Shown: positions 40,801 to 53,836 of the stretch, in pieces
Numbering within the stretch: the stretch's first letter is position 1
How the letters are laid out: each line of letters begins with the position of its first letter
Origin: Rotaria socialis
Taxonomy: Eukaryota
NCBI GenBank assembly: GCA_905331295.1
Contig: CAJNYD010000407.1
Coordinates: 310,001 to 374,000, forward strand
Length of the DNA stretch: 64,000 nt
Direction: 5' to 3'
Translations under genes and position numbers: made by a program
Notes under the pieces: generated by a model
Database searches by the model: none
What the model was told of the DNA's origin: nothing
The model's input: only the letters and a program-made list of their open reading frames with translations

Positions 40801-41120
40801 TTCTATTCTAGATTGCTGTATGCAATCTTGTTCTCTATGTAAAAGCGAGTGATGCCACTATGACAAAACGATTATTACATCGCGGTCAAACATCTGGTCG
40901 AGTTGATGATAACGAAGAAACAATTAAAAATCGCTTGAAAACATTTCACGATCAGACCTTTCCTGTTTTGGATTTATATGAAAAACAAGGCAAATTAGCT
41001 GAGGTATGTACTTGATTATTATTATTTATTCTCAGTATTGTTATTTTTTAGGTCAACTCGGAATTGGCACCGGATGATGTTTTTATTGAAGTACGTGGTG
41101 CTCTTGATAAGCTCGCTTAA
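37840..41120 (+). CDS. AK5: Adenylate kinase 5-like (docking domain plus two intact AK domains)
   Basis: N-terminus [28 protein letters not shown]. Two [12 protein letters not shown]-loops, GFLIDGFPR and GFLIDGYPR, and lid motifs [11 protein letters not shown] and [11 protein letters not shown]. The domains are linked through a 25-nt exon (39417-39441). Stop at 41118-41120. Confidence 0.9.
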
Positions 41121-43877
41121 GATCAGTGAGACAAGGCTTATTCATTCATTGAATAACAAATGAAATGACTTTAGAAACTATTTTGTTTTCAGTCTTTAGT
41201 TAAAACAAATAATAGGTGTGAACAAATTTGGTTGTTTTGTTTATATAATTTCTTTTTTACTTGTATTATTTTTTTAACTTTATTTTTTAGCATTGATTTC
41301 TTTTTCCCCTTAGCCAACACTCCACTATTATAATACCGCAACCGACCCTTTACTATTGCGAGCACTTTTTCTGTATGAATAAAATAAATAAGAACAAATA
41401 AAACTATTAACTACTAATTTGACACAAATCAGATTCTATTTTCCTATTATACACGAATAAATCTGATTATTATGATAAGCTACAAAGAATACCATAATAA
41501 ACAGCATTGTTTCGGCCAGTTTTTCTTTGCTGAATTAATAGTTTCAGCTAAGGCTGAAAGACAGAAAATAATCCTCGAGTAAATATATTGTTTACTATGT
41601 AGTAACTTTCCTTTTGATATCAGACTTGTATATAATTTTTGAATTCTACGTATATAATATATATATATATATGTACACAAAACCTTAAATATCATCTTAT
41701 TAATCTTTTGCAACATTCCATAGAATATCAAACTATAAATTAACGATAATGTCACTCTATTCTATGATACAGATAAATGTTAGTATTTCTTCAAGATCTT
41801 TAATTTTAATAGAATAAAAAGACTTGATTGTGGTACAAAAAAGCGTTTCTACATGAGAAGGATTGCTTACGATTGAGATCTTCAACTGAAAAATTCGATT
41901 TGATAAAAGGTAGTTCAACAAAATTGCAATGTGATCTTCTTTTTCATACTAGCATTAGCTCTCTGTCGTCGTATACTAAAGAGGAGAAATGTTAAGAAAA
42001 TGAATATGATGTTCTATTAAAAACAAGATCCATGTATAAGCCTACAGATAACTAAGTGATATGTAAGACTTAGAATAAAATGGGATTTCATTCAAGATAC
42101 ATGAACGGTGAAATAGAACATTCTTCCATTTTGATCAGTTACGATCTTACGGATAATTATCATCGAAATAGTTCTTAAAACACATCAGATTAATATCATA
42201 CGAATCAATCGCATAAAATCATTCGTTAACTTGTAAATTCTAGCATCAATAGAACTGCTCAATAGTATATATATAGGATTTACTGTTGAAAAACGAATTG
42301 TACTATTACGTAAAATCGACATACAGTGACCTTTTTGTAATCTTACATGTGGTTGTAATTGATTTTGTTGTACAACTGAAACAGATTGCACCTTATATTT
42401 TATTCTATGCTTTTACAACCGATCATATTGTGACCCTTTACGTAAGATCAAAGGCCGTATGAAATAGAAAAATTCATTCGTATGGACCAAATTTTTATTT
42501 TCTTACTTCGGAGTGGCTAGACAAGTTACAATTAAAAATCATTATGATCTATCAAGATTGAAACAGTCAATACTTTCATGTGGAACCATGATGCTAATCG
42601 TGCTTTTATTAAAAATTGCTGTAATCAAATTTGTTTACTATTGCTAAATTTTTTTTCTTTCATTGAAAATAAATAATCATTTTATTTTAGTGTAACTTTA
42701 AAAAAAATATTATCTATTAGATGAAATCTATAGAGACCTTCATCACAGTTGAGATCCATATAAATTTAATTTACTAATTTACTAATAATTTCATATTTGA
42801 AAGAAATTGATTTTATAACAATAGATTCATCATTCATGCGAAGCATTGTTTACTGCAATAAAGGGTTTATGTCGAAAACTCATTCTACCGTTGTGAGTTA
42901 TTATGTTTGGTTCATTATCAATAAAAACAAATTTTATTCATATCTTTCTTAACGTCAACTGAATGATAGTGATCTATTCAGATCAAATAAATTGATAGTT
43001 CCTTTACATCCTGAATATTTTCATGGTTGATTCCATTTTCTTTCGGCTCAACAAAATATTATTATCCATAATAAAATCTGTTTGTCTTTTTCATAACTTT
43101 TTAAAAACTTTCATTCTTCGAAATGTAGCTAATTATTGTGCAAGTTTTATGATGCATAAAAATACTTCAAATAAGTTGGAAAAAAACTACTGATAAATGC
43201 TAAAATAAAACCTCGTAAAATGTTTGCTGAATACTTGTTCAATCATGCTAACTTCGATTTTATGTTGTCAAAATATAGTACTCAATTGCAATTGTTTGAA
43301 GTTTTAGAGAACATCGTCCGATTCTTTTATTATTATTTTTTGTTGTACATTGTTCTTCAATATAAGTAAGTCAAATCCACGATGAAAATACATATTCTTC
43401 TTTGTGCTGTGTGGTAATTGATGACGAGGAAGAAAAATCAATTGTTTCATATACGGTATATATATATATATATATATTAATATAGGTTCAAGTTAGTTTT
43501 CTATATTGGGTTTTTCTTTTCGTGTTTATTATTGGTAATTTATCCCAGATGTTTGGGATTACTAAAGCAAAACAAACAAACCTTTGTAGATCGATAATAT
43601 TATTTCGAAGATGTTTCGCAGTAAATATTTATTCTTTTGCCTTCCTTATAGATATTCATATGTTAAATTGGTTGTCTCTTCGTTCGTTACAGTCCCTCTA
43701 GAAATCGATCATATTCTATTCAAAGTAGCTGAAAATTAATGAATTAATAGAGAATCCATCAGACTATTAGCAAAACGCGTGCAAAAGAAGCCTTTATTTC
43801 GAAAAGATTTATTATATTTCAAAAGGTATAAAAACTTATTCTCAATTTAACACGTTTAGCTGTTTCTTAAAATTTTG

Positions 43878-44187
43878 AGCGGTGTCCAAGGACTGATGAT
43901 TAATAATTCCTCATCAGTTCCCCTTCAGTTCCTTGCATACTAAAGGTAAAAATATGGAATATTCACGATAATTTTTGTTCTTACACCCATTTTCACTTGC
44001 AAAATTGTGAAAATCGATGATTTCATGCAAAACCTTTTTTTAAAACAGCAATATCGCGATTTTCGTGAATAGTGGAACTGTGAGAGAACCTATAGTTGAT
44101 TCCCATTTCCTTTAGGAATTATCAGAGCGACACTGACAGTTCATCGGCACATTAGGCATTCCTATTTCTCAGTCCTTGGACACTGCT
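43878..44187. mobile_element. MITE with 19-bp TIRs
   Basis: agcggtgtccaaggactga and tcagtccttggacactgct match with 1 mismatch. No clear target duplication. Confidence 0.8.
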
Positions 44188-44224
44188 GTTTATGATTTAT
44201 AAAAGTTATAAATTGACTTCGCTC

Positions 44225-45141
44225 CCATTTACAATTCAGGATAAGGATAAAGATTTAGTTTTTATGATTTATAAAAGTTATAAATTGACTTGTGCGTGTG
44301 TGTGTGTGTGTAGACGCATATGACCGCCTTTCCTCACGGCCACACTTGTCGTGTTGTGTATGCGTGTAAACTCGCGTATGTGCGCTTTTCCTCACACTCA
44401 CACTGTAACGATGGCGAGGACTCAGTTGAGTCTATATCGTAATGACAAACTGGATAGAGGTGGAGTAGCTTACCGCTACTCTAGGTAATGATGTTTATTC
44501 GTTTATTCACATATCCAGAGTGTAACGACACAACTAGAGAGTGTCGCCTATGCCCGTCGACATGATGGTATATTGTGTCATCTGACATCTCTAGAGTGTC
44601 CCAACTTCATACATAACACACGTATATATAGGAGAGAGATAGAAGAGAGACAAGAGAGAGAGATATTACACCAATGGAAAGAGAACAGAAGGAAGAGGAA
44701 GGAGAATCATCGAAGCGTGCAATCAATATCGGCACACACACCCTTTTCTTTCTTGAGAATTCAGTTTGAAATCGAAAAGCCCATAGACTCGAAGCCCGAT
44801 AAAGAAATGCACTAACATCATGCAGCTGACATATGAAAAAAGATACATTTTGACATTAACAGCAAACCGTAACTGAGGAAACGTATCTCATATCGAATGC
44901 AAGATTAGTTGCAGAGACATTATCACTCGACTTTCGTGTCCATATTCGGATTCTGGACTAAACATAAAATACGTATGCGAATACGGCATTAAAAAGAACT
45001 CACTAACGATTCAGCTAATTTATAAATTTTATAATTTATAATAACTTAGTCTAAATCTATTACAAAATTATAAATTGAAGCGATCTCTATTTTATAAATT
45101 ATAAAAATTAAATCTTTATCCTTATCCTGAAATATAAATGG
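44225..45141. mobile_element. Non-autonomous TIR element that hosts a solo LTR
   Basis: About 50-bp imperfect inverted ends: ccatttacaattcaggataaggataaagatttagtttttatgatttataaaa and ttttataaattataaaaattaaatctttatccttatcctgaaatataaatgg. Confidence 0.7.
44404..44736 (-). mobile_element. Solo LTR (333 bp)
   Basis: TG...CA ends with an imperfect inverted repeat (TGTAACGAT / ATCGGCACA) and a perfect 5-bp target duplication CACAC (44399-44403, 44737-44741). On the minus strand a TATATA is followed by AATAAA signals. GC content is higher than the flanks. Confidence 0.75.
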
Positions 45142-46075
45142 CTGCCAGTTTGACGATCTTTGCTTTTGCTTTGGGACGATTTTCAAAGGGTCGCGATTTT
45201 TGTCGTTTATTTTCGAATTGTAAATGGTTATTCAGATATCGATTTATATTCGAAGTTGAACTAGACATCTCATGGTATAAAATATGAGAACAGTCATTGT
45301 ATCTGAATGGGAAGCATGGAAAAGTAGTTGAGTGCCAGAGAGTATTCGAATTTTGTCACGAGTTCATAACCGCTTTCTATAGGAAACAAGTCTTGTTGCG
45401 TCAGTTTGATTACTTGTTCTTTCTTCTGTAATTGCTATTCTCATCGTTTTTTTCTTATTTTATGAAAGAAAAAAGAAATATACATGTATATGAAGTTTTT
45501 TTGTGTTTTCCTGTTCATTGATTTGATTGTTCTGGTAACTCTGGCGGCTTGAAATGAGCATTAAAATGAGAAAAGTAGGTTGGATGTTCTTCTTCACTAG
45601 CTTCACTTAGGGACCAATTCCTTTGTTGCATGAGAAAAGTTAAAGAAGCTAGTTTTTATTATCTTTATCTCGATTTAGTTTTGCTTCTAATTGTTGAATA
45701 TTTGATGAGAAATAAAGTGAAGGCAAGTTTTTTTTCTCTAATTTATATGATTAGTTATTCGGATAGTCATTGAAATATTCTACAGAGAAAAATAAATTAA
45801 TAATTACACTTTAACACTTTTTTACTGCGTTCTATGATCACACGTGTTTTTATTATCGTCGTCGCCGTAAAATCGAACAATTTACTTTATTGGGATTTCC
45901 TTTTTTCGATTCAGTTCTACTCATGTAATTGCCGAATTTTTCACAAGGAAAAACAAATATGAAGGGTAATTTTCTCCTTTTTTCTCACACTATTGAGCTA
46001 TTTTAAGACCGTCGTCTCGTCAAAGCTCCAGTTATTCATGTTTATTTTTCATTCAATCTCTCGTTTTTATTTACT

Positions 46076-47062
46076 ATGAAATCTTCAATGAATTTAAAAT
46101 GGATGCTGCTATTTGCTATTATTATTCTATCGTGTATTGCATATGTATTGGTGAGGCAGTATACAGAATCTAAGTCACAAATTTTTATGCCGATATCAAC
46201 TATTTCCAACATAACTTTTACAACAAGTAATAATACGAATGATAGACTACAAGTATCATGGTCTCCTCGTGATCCACCTGTATTAGATATTTTTGTTCGC
46301 ACTTGGCGTGGTGATGGTCATTGGTTGATATATCTACTACGTTCAATTGAAAAATATGTACCGCGTACACTCTATCGTAATATAATAATAACGTTTCCGT
46401 TCACTGAAACCTCTTATTTTCAATCATATTTACCGTTCTTTTCTTTACCTATAAAATTAATACAAAGCAACGATGTTTATATTAAGAATGGTCCTAATAA
46501 CGGTAGTTATTACTCTCAAATGTATGTCAAATTTCATGCATATCAATACAGCGATGCTGATTTTTTTATTCATATGGATTCGGATACTATGTTTAAAGAA
46601 CCTATTAGTCGACGAGATTTACTTGATGAACACAATAGAGTATATGTGAAGCGGGTGAAATTTGATACAATGGCAGCTAACTTCCGAGTTTGGCAAAAAC
46701 CTGCAGAAAAAATATTATTAGAAAGTGTTCCATATGAGACTATGACAGGTTTTCCATTCGTTTTTCCACGTGATTTATATGAAAATACTATACGTCTTAT
46801 TGAAAAACGTCATAACAAGCCGATGCTTGCAGCTGTAAGATCAGTGTGGGATTTCATTGAATTTACCACATTGGGACATTATTTGATTACACATATGTCT
46901 AACAATAGATGGGTAGACAATGATAATAAATCATCTAAAGTTGTTCAATCGTGGTCATGGGGAGGTTTTGGACCAACACAAGTGGCATGGTACGAATGCC
47001 TTCTAAGAGCGAAAGATAATAAAATGTGTCATCTGCAACCCTCTGCGACTGACCTACATTAA
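46076..47062 (+). CDS. Intronless type II membrane GT-A-fold glycosyltransferase-like protein (328 aa)
   Basis: N-terminal TM anchor, Ser/Thr-rich stem, DIFVRTW...LLRSIEKY, and SQMYVKFHAYQYSDADFFIHMDSD containing a DxD motif. No introns. Confidence 0.8.
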   Translation: MKSSMNLKWMLLFAIIILSCIAYVLVRQYTESKSQIFMPISTISNITFTTSNNTNDRLQVSWSPRDPPVLDIFVRTWRGDGHWLIYLLRSIEKYVPRTLYRNIIITFPFTETSYFQSYLPFFSLPIKLIQSNDVYIKNGPNNGSYYSQMYVKFHAYQYSDADFFIHMDSDTMFKEPISRRDLLDEHNRVYVKRVKFDTMAANFRVWQKPAEKILLESVPYETMTGFPFVFPRDLYENTIRLIEKRHNKPMLAAVRSVWDFIEFTTLGHYLITHMSNNRWVDNDNKSSKVVQSWSWGGFGPTQVAWYECLLRAKDNKMCHLQPSATDLH

Positions 47063-48320
47063 GAGTGGTCTCTCATTTGTTCAATGCTGAGTGATTTCGT
47101 ATTTTACTTTCATATATGAACACACTATCTTCCTCGATGTTTTGTTCTTCATATACAACGATTAATATACTACTCATCGGTATAAATAGAAAATGAACAT
47201 ATGCTAAGTTTAATCAGCAGAACAGGTGATTCAAATTATCGTGAAACAAAGTTTTTATGCATTCAGAGGATTTCATATTAGGTTTTTATCAGTGATGATC
47301 ATTATGAACAAAATTTCTCAGAATCAATACCGATAAATGTTTGTTAATGATATTGTAGTTTATGCATCGTTTCGATATAGCTTGTAATGAAAGGTCTAAT
47401 AAAAATATATTTATGCGATAGTCATCATCATTAAAAGGATTGATCGTTCTCAGTTTTTTTTGACAAATACCATGATCTATTAATATGTATGATTTATTCA
47501 TTAAAATCAGTATAGAACTTTAACCAAAATAGTAACAAACTATTCTAAAAATTATCGTTGACAATGATACATATTTAAGATTTTCAAAGATTCATTTAAT
47601 AGTGAGCCATCTTGTGAATGGTGACATGTTAAATTAACTATTTATTATGGTAGTAATCAAATTTCTGTAGCAGAATTGTCTTGGAAGTTATTTTCAGAGA
47701 CACACAACTGAAACGGCGATATTAATAATATAAGCTATCGCGTCAGTTATTTATTTTAACAGGGAATATAATCAACTTCGAATATTCTGTAGAATGAATC
47801 AAATGAATCTTCAGCTATTTATTTATTTCTCATTGATTGAACATTGGTTACTGTTATTGCTGTTGTACCATTGTCCATGTGTGTATTGACTTGTTGATAG
47901 TTTATTAAATATTTTCAGAGGCATATCTAACTCTTTAGAACATTCGACACAACAGTCTAAGTGTTTTCTTGTATTTATTCATCCACATCCTGATTCATGG
48001 TTAAGATCTCTATTTTAATCGTCTTCATATAAATCGATCAATAAATAAATAATTAATTATCATACTATATCTAGTTGGTTATTTTTTTAAATTTCAAATC
48101 TAGTGGTGCAGTGCGCTTCAAAGTCACTACAAATTGATTTTACGGATATACGTTATCTCATGATCCTAGAAAATATTCGAACCATTCTGTTTCGATATAG
48201 AGCGACCTCTGGTAATCTTAGGATAGCTTGTTGGTAAACAGCTGATATTTTTTTCTTATCCTACATTCTCGCCATAGATCATATTCATGCTCTATATGAA
48301 ATAGAAAGAAACCATTGACA

Positions 48321-51300
48321 ATGGCTCGTATAGTAGGTTATCTGTACTTTTTTTATTTTGTTTTTACCAATTATTTTGTTTTGTAACAGGAATTGGAAAA
48401 AGATCTTATAGCAATATTACTTGTCGTTGAAAGTGCTCATGACAAAAGCAGAGTGTTATATAAATATGAAGAAATCAAGACATACAAACAACTACGTAAT
48501 TATATTTCTTTCCTATTAAGTATAACGTTAAATTTCATCTAAGACTTTTGTAGAGGAACCAACTAGTTTTTATACTCCTTATGCAGTAGTTATTGCTAAA
48601 GATTTTGATCCACCGAGGTAAATTAGTATGAAAAATAGAAAAGCAAACACATATATGAATTAATTTAGTGTTAAAGAAGAGGATGCATCTCGAAGTACAT
48701 TTTTAAAGTAAGAATATCAATAATTTTATTTTTACTTTTTAATTATTATTTATTTGATTTAGTTTCGATGACACAACTCTTGCAATTCTAACTACTCCTT
48801 ATTCCTATGGCAGTCATGTCGAAGTACAAGTTGATGATGTTATTTTCGTTGGCCATACACTTCTTTTAGAAGGCAATCCAAATTTAAAATCATTTGCTAT
48901 ATTCTTTGCACTTCGAGTAATTTAAATAGGAAAATATTCATCTAAATTGGCATTAATATTTAATTATTGATAATTTAGGCAATTGCGAAAGCATCTGTTA
49001 TATTATCGTATCAAGACATGAGTAAACGTATTGGTACAGCAATACGTTGTGAAGAACGACGAGCATCATATTTAAATCAAGAATATTTAAAATTAATAAG
49101 TGTTATCCAACAACATGAAGCTGAACCAAATGATCCATGTATATGATTGTTTTGAACTGCAAAGTATAATTTCTATTTTTACTTTGAATAGTAAATCGTT
49201 TACCAAATGAAGAAAATACAAGAGAACGCGATCAAAAAGACAACAATAAAGAAATTTACATAATAATGGCTGAACAAAGTCCTTTAGCAGCAACTTTAAG
49301 ACAGATATATATGGAGTAAATAGCTTGATTGAGCAAAAAAAAGAAAATACAAAGATTTTGATCGTTTCTGCTTAGTTTACAAGTATCCGGTGAAATAAAT
49401 ATATCAATTAATAACTGGTTAAATGTTTCCTGCTGTTTACCACATCGATCAGTACCTATAAACTGCCCGTTAGAAACAGATTATTTTTTTAATGTGCTTT
49501 CAAATGCTGTAGACTATCTAAAGTAAGATATTTTTGTTTTTATTTCGTAGCATTATTGAACGATAGTTTTATGAAAACGAAATTCCCAGTGAAAAATTTT
49601 TTATGATACATTAAATATATATAGAGCAAAAAAAAGGAAATTGATTTGTATGAGAATTTCATCAGAACACTCTCATAATCAATTTTTACGTTATTTATGA
49701 GAGTGAGGTAGATGTGTTCGATCGAATATCTCCATCCTACGACTGATATATGCTCACGAAATTTTGAAGAAAACAGTTCAAGTATATTACTGAGTTTCGA
49801 CATCAAATTACATCAATAATCAATGAAAAAATAAGCAATATTACATAATGAAAGTATACATATAGAAATCTGGAAAAATCTTTTGATTCACTAAATATCT
49901 TACATATTTTAACTAACAGCTAGTGTCTGCCTGTTGATATTAAAACAAATTCTGTAATTGTCACAAAATTCTACTTATGTTCATACATAAATTGTATATG
50001 GTTGATAGTCTAGCTAAATAAGTTCTCTCAACACTCCAATCCTAACATGAACAAATCAATGAATTAGTTCGAGTGATATTTAAATGATCGAAACAAATTA
50101 TTAAAATTAGTTATTATGATTCATCGTCTTCTCAAACTTAAGATCGAATCTATTGGGCAAACTATTCCTCATAAGATTTGAATTTCAAGTAAATTACCAG
50201 TTCCAAATCTCTATTTACACGAATCTAGTATAAACAACCCGATGATAGATATCCGTTTGTTTATATATATATATATATAGTTCATTATGACATGGTTATA
50301 GATAGATAATCGTTTTTTTATATATTTATTGAAGTAAACCTTCATTATATTTCTAGGCCCTATTATGGTTTATTGCTTGTAATAGATCCATTGGTATTGC
50401 TTGCTTCTTTACCAACGGATAGTTCACAAACATTAGTTACACTGATAAAAACTGTTCGTTCATCACATTCATTTTCTAGTTTATCACTAGACACTGGCAT
50501 ACAACTGTCTCAAGTTAGCTGTTTTGTTTTATACTTATTTTGATTCTAGAAATAATCATGTTTTTTTTGTTAAATTTTTTAGATCTATAGTCTAACAGCT
50601 CATTTACTGTTTTGGGGCCGAGCAAAAATTATCTATCCAATTGTTGAAGATAACATTTATATTATCTCACCTGATGCTGATTTATCCAAGTATATAAAAT
50701 AAAAATATGTTTACTAGACTCGTTTAATATGATTGAAAGAGAATACTATAATACACGTAGAATAGAAGTTCACACTTCACAATTTCTACAGTAGAGCCTT
50801 GCAGGGTGCACGTAACCTGGCCTGCCCTGCCCTGACAGGGCAGGCCAGGTTCTGAAATTTTTACAGAGCAGGTTACAGGTTGTCCATATCGTAACCTGTT
50901 AAGCTGAGATTCGTTTTGAACAATCGACATTTCCGGTATCTTTTAAAAAAAATTATGCATGAAGAAAGATGAATTTACCGAGACTAAAGCACTCATAATA
51001 TAAAAAATGATCGGCTATGATAGATTGCAGCTAGTTTTGTTTATTCGATACTTTTCTATTAGAAATCTTGAAGAAATTCAGCGTTATTTTTATCCGATTC
51101 AAATTTGAAGTACATATAATTAAATGTATTATAAATATTGATAGGAAATTTTGGATATTCCTCTATTTTAAAAATAGCAGGGCAAAGCACGGCCGGTTAC
51201 AGGTTACAATAGAAAGTGTTAGGGCATGGTACGCAAAAATGTTCACAGGACAGGGCAGGATCAGGTTACAAAAAATTTACAGGGCAGGTTACAGGTTATA

Positions 51301-52883
51301 AAAATCTTGCACCCTACAGCCCTCTACGCTACAGACACTGTTGCTTTACGATAAAGAAATATACATAGAATGAGAATCTCCCTATGATAAGCATAACCAA
51401 TGACATAATGTTTCGTATTTTAAACGAATAATAGTTATTCAAATAACTGTTTACATATTTTTTTCTATTGTTAGGCGAGGATCTCTGTCGAAAATGTATC
51501 ACGAAACATTTCAAAATACATTGAATTATCCAACATTACAAGAAGCATTGGCTGAATATTCAGATGCCATTGCATTTCATGATCATGTACCACGTATTGA
51601 AGATGAAAACGAAAAGGTAAAACTCTATCCAACTAAATTAAAATAGAAAAATAACGATATCATATTTTTATTCTTCAGCATGAACGTCATCAATGTGTTG
51701 AATGGCTACTTCGCCATCGTTTGCTTGTTCAAGTTCATACTTATTTTTATCTTCTTTTACCAAATGATGATCGACACAACTTTAAAGATGAATTTAGAAA
51801 ACTACGTTTACCTCCATCGCGAGCACCGCTTGTGAGAAATTTGTCTGAGATTACAACATTATGTAAGTTTTATTTTTTTCTAGAGGCGTTATCCGCATTC
51901 AACCGAAGGTTTCGGATCTTTGTCAAAACCTGAGCAATTTCATTTGTCTAGTGAAAATATCGATATACGAGGGAATACATCGAGTATAAATGGATTTGAA
52001 AATAATATGGGTAAAGAATCATTATTATTTTTTCTTTTCTCGATGCTTTGTTGTGATGAATGTTGTCTGTAAAAAATAGATATTGTTACAAGAGATTGAT
52101 AATGTAAAAATAAGAGAAGACGTATACAGTATTGCTCGCCATAGGTGTCATGTCCCATAATTGATAACAAAAGTACGGACGATTATTCAGTTGTTGAACT
52201 ACATTGTGACCATACAAATCGAAGTATTTATGATAAAAATGTATGCACTCTCTGATATTTTATCATATAAATATTCAATGTAAAAGAAAAACGATAATAT
52301 CGAAACTTGCTTCTTCCATTGATTCAGATCAAATGATAAATTTCTGATTATTTAATTTCAATTTATTCGAAATAAAGAATTCTTTTTTGTTTGTTTTAGC
52401 TTCATCTCCTATGCCAAGTGCATTATCATATGGATCTACTCATAATTCTAAATCAGCAGATACGATAAGAACCTCGAATAACACTAATCATGAGGATGTG
52501 TTTGCTTCAGGATCAGTGAGTAGTAGTACAACAGGAATCAGTAATCGAATATCATTACATTATCTTCCACAAATAACACAAGCTCTGCCAAATGAACGAG
52601 CCGAATATCGTCAACTGCTTGCATCAGCTATTAAAGATGCAAAAGAACAACATGTTGTTGATTTTCTAAGGTAAACATCTACCGTGATTATTCTATTCTT
52701 GATGTTAAATGTGTTTTAATTTTATTCAGGCTCATAAAATATCTCGATGGAACTTATCATCTAGAAGAAATAGCTTCACTTGAAAATATTTCACGTTTAC
52801 AAATATTAACAGTCCTAGAAAATTTTCAATCGATTGTTATTTCTGCTCTTCATCCAGATTCAAATCCTATCTTGCAAATTTAA
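48321..52883 (+). CDS. NPRL3: GATOR1 complex subunit NPRL3, multi-exon
   Basis: Spliced peptides LIAILLVVES...VLYKY, VEVQVDDVIFVGHTLL...IFFALR, SKRIGTAIRCEERRASYL, HLLFWGRAKIIYP, WLLRHRLLVQVHTY, and KYLDGTYHLEEI...ENISRLQI match NPRL3 blocks. Stop at 52881-52883. Confidence 0.9.
50792..51326. mobile_element. hAT-like MITE in an NPRL3 intron
   Basis: TIRs tagagccttgcagggtgca and tgcaccctacagccctcta. 8-bp target duplication ttctacag / cgctacag (6 of 8 match). Subterminal caggttac and agggcagg repeats. Confidence 0.85.
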
Positions 52884-53836
52884 TTAGATTGAAGGCGAAA
52901 CATTATATTTTTGCTTGAGTTTTTCTTCTGTATCTGTATCTATTTGAACAGTGATTTATTTTTTGTTACTTGCCACGTATTTTCTTTTTCTTTCAGATCG
53001 TTCTATGTATTATTTATTAAAGAAAAAAAAAGAAGGAAATATGCAGCTAAAAGTATTTTGATTGAAATCACGTCATTTTGGAACACAAATAAAAAAATAT
53101 GATCGATTAGAGAACATCTTTTAGTGTTGGCTTTATTGATTAAAGTCGATCAAAATAATCGTGACTCTAATTTTCTTTTGAATGATACTGCGATCAATTA
53201 GTCGAAATGTTTTTTTCACTGATTCGACAAACATACTGATACTCTAAATTGAGATCAATAGTACTTAGTACGAAAGTGCCCAGACAAACTATTTCTTTTG
53301 TTTACGATCCATCTTGAGTATCAGTAGAAAATCGAAAAGAAAAAAATTGATTCAAATCGATATTTTGCGCTGCTTACGAATAGTTGCCCTAGAGCTTTGT
53401 GGAGCTCATAAGTTACAAATCAAAACCAAATTTTTTGAGAAGTACTTAACTGAATTCCATAATGGATCGACCAGTAAAAATAAATGTTGTCTAGATAAAA
53501 TTTTCACTACTCGTTTATCTTATGATTTTATATTATAATTACAAGAATCGATATAACGCGTTGATTTTTCTATAGATTATTTCAAACAATATGGTCTATT
53601 CAGAAGTCTGTATTCCTTTCATTTTGGTACTTTTTTAAGGCATTAAAGTCGATGGTAATGAATAGATAAATATCGATAGTTGATCGAATTATAAACGCCT
53701 TTTTGTAAATCGTAAATGGTTTGCACTAAATCGTAAGTAAAAACTACGATCAACTAACTTAAGAAAAAGTATTTGTTTGTATTGCATTATCATTTATGGT
53801 AAGGTTAGATCTCATATTTTAGATATTTAATATATT

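Noticed and set aside
50724..51301. Two short ORFs in the NPRL3 intron
   Set aside because: They lie within or across the MITE and have no transposase motifs.
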